DNA from: a virus
Taxonomy: Duplodnaviria > Heunggongvirae > Uroviricota > Caudoviricetes
Reading direction: 5' to 3' (one strand)
Length of the DNA: 16,173 nucleotides
IMG/VR virus record: IMGVR_UViG_640753024_000004
Coordinates: 1 to 16,173 of that record
This document shows positions 8,308 to 16,173 of this stretch, one piece after another (the first letter of the stretch is position 1; the number at the start of each line of letters is the position of its first letter). The notes beneath the pieces were generated by a model, which was not told the DNA's origin, ran no database searches, and saw only the letters and a program-made list of their open reading frames with translations. Both the position numbers and the translations under genes were made by a program.

Positions 8308-8745
8308 ATGTGTAAAAATTGCAAAGGAAAAACAAAAAATAAAATCATTGTGCTATCTGATAAAGGAACGTCAACGCAATTGTCAGTCACAAATGATAAT
8401 GAGTTGGAAGTTGAGCATAAGTTAATAGATGGTTGCGCTATTGTTGTTGGAGAGCGGTGTGATCATTATTTGAAGATTTATAACAATCAGGATGTTTCAC
8501 ATCTTTTTGTTGAACTTAAAGGAAGTGATGTTGAAAAAGCTGTTAAACAGATAGTGACAACTTTAAAGTCAGGTGTGATTAATGTAGGTGCTAAAGAAAA
8601 AAAACATGGTGCTATTGTTAGCACTAGGAATCCGCTAAACTCAACAGAAACCAATAGGTTAAAGAAGAAAATTCTTTTGAGTGACGGAGTGAATTTGCAT
8701 TTCTATAAAATGAAGGCGCAGCAAAAAATAACTTCTTTTACATGA
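8308..8745 (+). CDS. Small Cys-rich partner protein, 145 aa, of unknown function; possible nuclease-like effector
   Basis: Starts 9 nt after the ATPase stop with AGGTGA upstream, so it is an operon partner. Has CxxC (C2,C5) plus C43/C51, and a D52...E69-L-K71 arrangement that could be a PD-(D/E)xK-like core; the latter is speculative. Confidence 0.7.
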   Translation: MCKNCKGKTKNKIIVLSDKGTSTQLSVTNDNELEVEHKLIDGCAIVVGERCDHYLKIYNNQDVSHLFVELKGSDVEKAVKQIVTTLKSGVINVGAKEKKHGAIVSTRNPLNSTETNRLKKKILLSDGVNLHFYKMKAQQKITSFT

Positions 8746-8758
8746 AGTGTTCTCTTGT

Positions 8759-8782
8759 ACAGGCATGCATTTGCATGCCTGT
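8759..8782. terminator. Near-perfect palindrome ACAGGCATGCA-TT-TGCATGCCTGT after the cassette; possible terminator or protein-binding site
   Basis: 11-bp stem seen directly. The T-tail is weak (cttttac). Confidence 0.35.
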
Positions 8783-8848
8783 CGTGTAATCTTTTACACT
8801 ATATTTGTGTTGGTTCTAATCTTGTTATGTGTTTGTTTCGGTGATGGG

Positions 8849-9391
8849 TCATAATGAATAAGTTCGAAAGCGAAATACATCTTCGCCAACCCAACAGTTA
8901 ATTTCTTTACATCGCTCTTGGAGGAACGTTAGCTCGTTGCGTACAAAGACTTGTGCTGCTTTTGTTACATCTCCAAATCCTCCTGTGTTGTTGGGCATCA
9001 TTCCTATCATTTGGGGAGGCACGCGATGAGCACTCATTAGATCTTCAGCACTTGCTTTTTTGATATTAAAAAAATCGTCCTTCGTTGCCACTTCACTGAG
9101 CGGGATAATTTTAATGCCGTCGGCTTTCCCCTGTGGGGCATAGAGAAACAGATTTTTAAAGTTATTACGGCCTTTCGACTTAACCATGTTTTCGCGAAGC
9201 ATTTCGATATCGTTGCGATCCTGCACGGCATCGGTGACGTACATGATGTATCCGGCATGAGCGCCGTTTTCGTAATACTTGCGGCGGAACAGCGTGGCCG
9301 ACTCATTCAGCCAGGCAGAGTTAAGGGCGCTGAGATATTCCGGCAGGCCGTACAGCTCCTGATTAATATCCGGCTCCAGCAGGTGAAACAC
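8849..9391 (-). pseudogene. Q: Portal protein gene Q, 3' portion only (about 180 codons, C-terminal half)
   Basis: The translation matches what I recall of the C-terminal half of the P2 portal protein (P2 Q is about 344 aa). The reading frame has no plausible N-terminus and runs into the E/E' remnant. Confidence 0.75.
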
Positions 9392-9394
9392 GGA

Positions 9395-9647
9395 GCCGGG
9401 TGACCGAGCAGGAAGTCGCCGCGCTGGAACTGCCTGACCTTGTGGCGCTGGCCGGTAAGGTGGTCGGTTTTTTGTCGCCGAACTCGGTGCAGTGACGTTT
9501 CCGAAAAATCTCTCGGTCGATGACCTGATGGCGGATGTGGCAGTGATATTTCACTGGCCGCCATCAGAACTGTATCCCATGAGCCTGACCGAACTCATCA
9601 CATGGCGCGAAAAGGCGCTCCGGCGAAGCGGAAACACGAATGAGTAA
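9395..9647 (+). pseudogene. E: 3' remnant of tail chaperone genes E and E' (E frame to the stop at 9493-9495; E' extension frame to the stop at 9645-9647, overlapping the T start)
   Basis: Two overlapping frames: ...TEQEVAALELPDLVALAGKVVGFLSPNSVQ* and ...FFVAELGAVTFPKNLSVDDLMADVAVIFHWPPSELYPMSLTELITWREKALRRSGNTNE*, joined at a T6G slippery site. No start codon or 5' part is present. Confidence 0.6.
9468..9474 (+). other. Programmed -1 frameshift slippery sequence TTTTTTG of the E/E' pair
   Basis: T6G is seen where the E frame (GGT TTT TTG) and E' frame (TTT TTT GTC) overlap. A frameshift of this kind is established for the P2 E/E' tail chaperone pair. Confidence 0.5.
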
Positions 9648-10697
9648 CAATGTAAAATTACAGGTATTGCTCAGGGCTGTTGACCAGGCATCACGCCCGT
9701 TTAAATCCATCCGTACAGCGAGCAAATCGCTGTCGGGGGATATCCGGGAAACACAAAAATCACTGCGCGAGCTGAACGGTCAGACATCCCGTATTGAGGG
9801 ATTTCGCAAGACCAGTGCACAGCTCGCCGTGACTGGTCATGCACTTGAAAAGGCTCGGCAGGAAGCAGAAGCCCTTGCCACACAGTTTAAAAACACCGAA
9901 CGTCCGACCCGTGCTCAGGCGAAAGTGCTGGAATCAGCAAAGCGAGCGGCGGAGGACTTACAGGCGAAATATAACCGCCTGACGGATTCCGTTAAACGCC
10001 AGCAGCGGGAACTGGCCGCTGTGGGAATTAATACCCGCAATCTTGCACATGATGAGCAGGGACTGAAAAACCGTATCAGTGAAACCACCGCACAGCTTAA
10101 CCGGCAGCGCGACGCGCTGGCGCGTGTCAGTGCGCAACAGGCAAAACTTAACGCAGTCAAACAGCGTTATCAGGCCGGAAAGGAACTGGCCGGAAATATG
10201 GCCTCAGTAGGCGCTGCCGGTGTGGGGATTGCGGCGGCGGGAACGATGACCGGAGTTAAGTTGCTGATGCCCGGTTATGAGTTTGCGCAGAAAAACTCAG
10301 AATTGCAGGCCGTGCTCGGAGTGGCAAAAGACTCCGCCGAAATGACCGCACTACGCAAACAGGCGCGCCAGCTCGGCGACAATACCGCCGCCTCGGCGGA
10401 TGATGCGGCCGGTGCACAGATAATCATCGCGAAAGCGGGTGGAGATGCTGCGGCTATTCAGGCGGCAACGCCGGTCACGCTGAATATGGCACTGGCGAAT
10501 CAGCGGTCGATGGAAGAAAACGCGCAACTGTTGCTGGGGACTAAGGCATCCTTTCAACTGTCAAATGATGATGTCAGCCATGTGGGCGACGTGTTGTCGG
10601 CAACGATGAATAAGTCGGCGGCTGATTTTCAGGGGCTCAGTGATGCACTGACTTACCTCGGGCCGGTTGCGAGGACGGCGGGTGTAAGTCTTGAGCA
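9640..10697 (+). pseudogene. T: Tail tape-measure gene T, 5' part, interrupted by an IS21-family insertion
   Basis: Coiled-coil-like, Ala/Gln-rich N-terminal tape-measure sequence. The frame runs into the IS left end and stops at 10723-10725 inside the IS inverted repeat. Confidence 0.8.
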
Positions 10698-10750
10698 TGT
10701 CAGCGCCAATGATATAAGACAGTAATTCACCATTTGGATTGTCCGCTCCA
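10698..10750. repeat. IS21-family left terminal inverted repeat region
   Basis: Matches the right end in inverted orientation: terminal TGTCA(G/A)CGCCAA, then CCATTTGGATTGTCCGCT against CCATTTTTAATGTCCGCT. Confidence 0.6.
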
Positions 10751-10798
10751 CCCAACATGTTGTTTCCTTAAGGTTCCTACACCACAAAGGGAACACTC

Positions 10799-12765
<1,967 letters not shown>

Positions 12766-12767
12766 TG

Positions 12768-12822
12768 ACCAATAGCGGACATTAAAAATGGCGAAAAACG
12801 GCCAATAATCTTGGCGTTGACA
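12768..12822. repeat. IS21-family right terminal inverted repeat region (two AGCGGACA motifs, ends ...GTTGACA)
   Basis: Inverted match to the left end, seen directly. Confidence 0.6.
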
Positions 12823-14216
12823 AGCAGGCAGCGGCCATGACAGGTGTGCTGCATGACAATAACATCAGGGGGTCAATGGCGGGTACTGGTAGTAGTGCCG
12901 TTGTCACCCGATTACAGGCTCCGACAGGGAAAGCATGGGAAGCACTCAAAGAGCTTGGCGTTAAAACCTCGGACAAAAAGGGAAATATGCGTCCGTTGTT
13001 CACCATTCTGAAAGAGATTCAGGCCAGCTTTGATAAACACAAGCTGGGAACGTCTCAGAAGGGGGAATACCTTAAAACCATTTTTGGTGAGGAAGCCCTG
13101 AAATCAGCGAACGTTTTACTGGCAGCGGCTGCAAGCGGAAAACTGGATAAGCTGACCGCCACGCTGAAAGCCTCGGACGGTAAAACGGAAGAGCTGGTTA
13201 AAATCATGCAGGATAACCTCGGCGGTGACTTTAAGGAGTTTCAGTCTGCTTATGAGGCGGTGGGGACTGACCTGTTTGACCAACAGGAAGGCGCACTGCG
13301 TAATCTCACGCAGACGGCCACAAAGTATGTGTTAAAACTCGACGGCTGGATCCAGAAAAACAAATCACTGGCGTCAACCATCGGCCTTATTGTCGGTGGC
13401 GCACTGGCGCTTATTGGCATCATCGGTGCAATTGGTCTTGTAGCCTGGCCGGTTATCACCGGCATTAATGCCATCATCGCGGCAGCAGGCGCAATGGGGG
13501 CAATCTTCACGACGGTTGGCAGTGCTGTTATGACGGCCATCGGGGCGATTAGCTGGCCGATTGTGGCTGTGGTGGCCGCCATTGTCGCCGGGGCGTTGCT
13601 TATCCGTAAATACTGGGAGCCTGTCAGCGCATTCTTTGGTGGTGTGGTTGAAGGGCTGAAAGCAGCATTTGCGCCGGTGGGGGAGCTGTTCTCGCCACTG
13701 AAACCGGTGTTTGACTGGCTGGGCGAAAAGTTACAGGCCGCGTGGCAGTGGTTTAAAAACCTGATTGCCCCGGTCAAAGCCACCCAGGACACCCTGAACC
13801 GTTGCCGTGATACTGGCGTCATGTTCGGGCAGGCACTGGCTGACGCGCTGATGCTGCCGCTTAATGCGTTCAACAAACTGCGCAGCGGTATTGACTGGGT
13901 ACTGGAAAAACTCGGCGTCATCAACAAAGAGTCTGACGCACTTGACCAGACTGCCGCCAGAACTCATGCCGCCACGTATGGCACAGGTGGTTATATTCCG
14001 GCGACCAGCTCTTATGCAGGCTATCAGGCTTACCAGCCGGTCACGGCACCGGCTGGTCGCTCTTATGTGGACCAGAGTAAAAACGAATATCACATCAACC
14101 TGACGGGCGGTACTGCGCCGGGGACACAGCTTGACCGCCAGTTACAGGATGTGCTCGAAAAATACGAGCGGGATAAACGTGCGCGCGCCCGTGCCAGCAT
14201 GATGCATGACGGTTAA
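12823..14216 (+). pseudogene. T: Tail tape-measure gene T, 3' part
   Basis: Removing the IS and one AGCA copy rejoins the frame as ...GVSLEQAAAMTGVLHDNNIRGSMAGTG..., giving about 816 codons, close to the length I recall for P2 gpT. Contains a hydrophobic Gly/Ala-rich central segment typical of tape-measure proteins. Confidence 0.8.
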
Positions 14217-14230
14217 GGAGGTAACGAAAA

Positions 14231-14710
14231 ATGATGCTCGCGTTAGGTATGTTTGTTTTTATGCGCCAGACGCTGCCACACCAGACCATGCAGCGTGAAT
14301 CAGATTATCGCTGGCCGTCAAATTCCCGTATCGGCAAACGGGATGCCTTTCAGTTTCTCGGTGCGGGTGAGGAAAACATCACGCTTGCCGGTGTGCTTTA
14401 TCCTGAACTGACCGGCGGAAAGCTGACGATGACCACGCTCAGACTGATGGCAGAGGAAGGCCGGGCGTGGCCGTTGCTGGATGGCACCGGCATGATTTAC
14501 GGCATGTATGTCATCAGCAAGGTGAGTGAAACAGGGAGTATTTTCTTTGCAGACGGCACACCCCGGAAAATTGATTTTACGCTGTCGCTCACCCGCGTTG
14601 ATGAATCACTGGCCGCGCTTTATGGCGATATCGGTAAACAGGAGGAATCGCTCATCGGTAAGGCTGGCAGTATGGCGACTAAATTCACGGATATGACGGG
14701 GGCGGGATAA
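14231..14710 (+). CDS. U: Tail protein gpU-like, 159 aa
   Basis: Synteny T-U-D-ogr, AAGGAGG upstream, and a length matching what I recall for P2 gpU. Confidence 0.75.
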   Translation: MMLALGMFVFMRQTLPHQTMQRESDYRWPSNSRIGKRDAFQFLGAGEENITLAGVLYPELTGGKLTMTTLRLMAEEGRAWPLLDGTGMIYGMYVISKVSETGSIFFADGTPRKIDFTLSLTRVDESLAALYGDIGKQEESLIGKAGSMATKFTDMTGAG

Positions 14711-15873
14711 TGCTGGATGCACTGACATTTGATGCAGGCAGTACGCTGACGCCGGATTACATGCTGATGCTCGACAGCAGGGATATTACCGGCAATATCA
14801 GCGACCGTCTGATGAGTATGACCCTGACGGATAACCGGGGCTTTGAGGCTGACCAGCTTGATATTGAACTGAACGATGCCGACGGGCAGGTCGGGCTGCC
14901 GGTTCGTGGCGCTGTCCTGACGGTGTATATCGGCTGGAAAGGTTTTGCCCTGGTATGCAAAGGGAAATTTACCGTTGATGAGGTTGAACACCGGGGCGCA
15001 CCGGATGTGGTCACCATCCGCGCCCGGAGTGCAGATTTTCGCGGGACGCTCAATTCCCGCCGGGAAGGCTCCTGGCATGACACCACGCTCGGTGCGATTG
15101 TTGAGGCGATAGCCACCCGTAACAGGCTGGAAGCCAGTGTCGCTCCGTCACTGGCCGGAATTAAAATCCCGCACATCGACCAGTCGCAGGAGTCCGATGT
15201 GAAATTCCTGACCCGTCTTGCTGAACGCAACGGCGGCGAGGTGTCGGTAAAAATGGGAAAACTGCTGTTTCTCAAAGCGGGGCAGGGGGTGACGGCCAGC
15301 GGTAAAAAAATCCCGCAGATCACCATCACCCGCAGCGACGGTGACCGTCATCATTTTGCGATTGCTGACCGTGGAGCCTATACCGGCGTAACGGCAAAGT
15401 GGCTTCACACCAAAGACCCGAAGCCGCAAAAGCAGAAGGTAAAACTGAAACGCAAAAAGAAAGAGAAACACCTGCGCGCACTGGAGCACCCGAAAGCGAA
15501 ACCAGTCACGCAGAAGAAAGCGCCAAAAGTACCGGAAGCGCGCGAAGGTGAATGCATGGCCGGTGAGGCTGACAACGTTTTTGCCCTGACCACGGTATAT
15601 GCCACGAAAGCGCAGGCCATGCGCGCCGCTCAGGCGAAGTGGGATAAGCTGCAACGGGGCGTGGCGGAGTTCTCCATCAGCCTGGCTACCGGTCGGGCAG
15701 ATATTTACACGGAAACACCGGTCAAAGTGTCAGGCTTTAAGCGCGTCATAGACGAGCAGGACTGGACAATCACTAAGGTGACACATTTTCTGAATAATAG
15801 CGGCTTCACGACGTCCTTAGAGCTTGAGGTCAGGCTTTCTGATGTGGAGTACGAAACAGAAGATGATGAGTGA
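14710..15873 (+). CDS. D: Tail protein gpD-like, 387 aa
   Basis: Start overlaps the U stop (ATAATG). Synteny and length match P2 gpD as I recall it. Has a Lys-rich central linker. Confidence 0.8.
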   Translation: MLDALTFDAGSTLTPDYMLMLDSRDITGNISDRLMSMTLTDNRGFEADQLDIELNDADGQVGLPVRGAVLTVYIGWKGFALVCKGKFTVDEVEHRGAPDVVTIRARSADFRGTLNSRREGSWHDTTLGAIVEAIATRNRLEASVAPSLAGIKIPHIDQSQESDVKFLTRLAERNGGEVSVKMGKLLFLKAGQGVTASGKKIPQITITRSDGDRHHFAIADRGAYTGVTAKWLHTKDPKPQKQKVKLKRKKKEKHLRALEHPKAKPVTQKKAPKVPEAREGECMAGEADNVFALTTVYATKAQAMRAAQAKWDKLQRGVAEFSISLATGRADIYTETPVKVSGFKRVIDEQDWTITKVTHFLNNSGFTTSLELEVRLSDVEYETEDDE

Positions 15874-15954
15874 TGTTTTTATTTTATCTGTTTGTTTTAT
15901 AAGGATAAATTAACTAGAATGGCACCATCAACAAAACCGGAAGAGGTGCTCGCG

Positions 15955-16173
15955 ATGTTTCATTGTCCTTTATGCCAGCATGCCGCACATGCGCGTACAA
16001 GCCGCTATATCACTGACACGACAAAAGAGCGTTATCACCAGTGTCAGAACGTGAATTGCAGCGCCACGTTCATCACTTATGAGTCGGTACAGCGATACAT
16101 CGTGAAACCGGGAGAAGTCCACGCCGTAAGGCCGCACCCGTTGCCGTCAGGGCAGCAAATTATGTGGATGTAA
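15955..16173 (+). CDS. ogr: Late-gene transcriptional activator Ogr (Cys4 zinc finger), 72 aa from MFHCPLCQH...
   Basis: CPLC...CQNVNC zinc-finger motif; the sequence matches my recollection of P2 Ogr. The track start at 15892 is probably too far upstream. Confidence 0.9.
   Translation: MFHCPLCQHAAHARTSRYITDTTKERYHQCQNVNCSATFITYESVQRYIVKPGEVHAVRPHPLPSGQQIMWM

Noticed and set aside
9307-9564. Minus-strand ORFs (85 aa and 63 aa) across the Q/E junction
   Set aside because: They span the deletion junction antisense to the E/E' remnant; they are frame artefacts.
9400-9647. Initial impression that this is a lambda-type G/GT tail chaperone remnant
   Set aside because: The context (immediately upstream of the P2-type T-U-D-ogr block) and the T6G slippery site fit the P2 E/E' pair rather than lambda G/GT (GGGAAAG).

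Overview
The window reads as an almost complete but defective P2-like (Peduovirus-type) prophage of an enterobacterium, about 16 kb instead of about 33 kb. Gene names follow P2 synteny and my recollection of P2 proteins; no database search was run. Order: integrase (-), C-like repressor (-), a switch region with an inverted repeat, a Cox-like gene, a small ORF, B, four small ORFs (one a TraR/DksA-type zinc finger), the rolling-circle initiator gene A, then an AT-rich accessory interval with a terminator and a candidate 37-aa peptide gene, an exact match to the P2 19-nt cos sequence, and immediately after cos a two-gene AT-rich cassette (433-aa ABC/OLD-type ATPase plus a 145-aa Cys-rich partner). 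Then come a 3' fragment of portal gene Q (-), fused by an internal deletion to the 3' end of tail chaperone gene E/E' (slippery T6G site retained), tape-measure gene T split by a 2125-bp IS21-family element (istA/istB, 4-bp AGCA target duplication), tail genes U and D, and ogr. The most interesting candidate is the ATPase plus small-protein cassette between cos and the portal remnant: it looks like horizontally acquired anti-phage or abortive-infection cargo, and I cannot assign it to a known defence family from sequence alone. Capsid, terminase, lysis and most tail genes are absent, so the element cannot form particles alone, but it keeps int, the immunity switch, B/A replication genes, cos and ogr.
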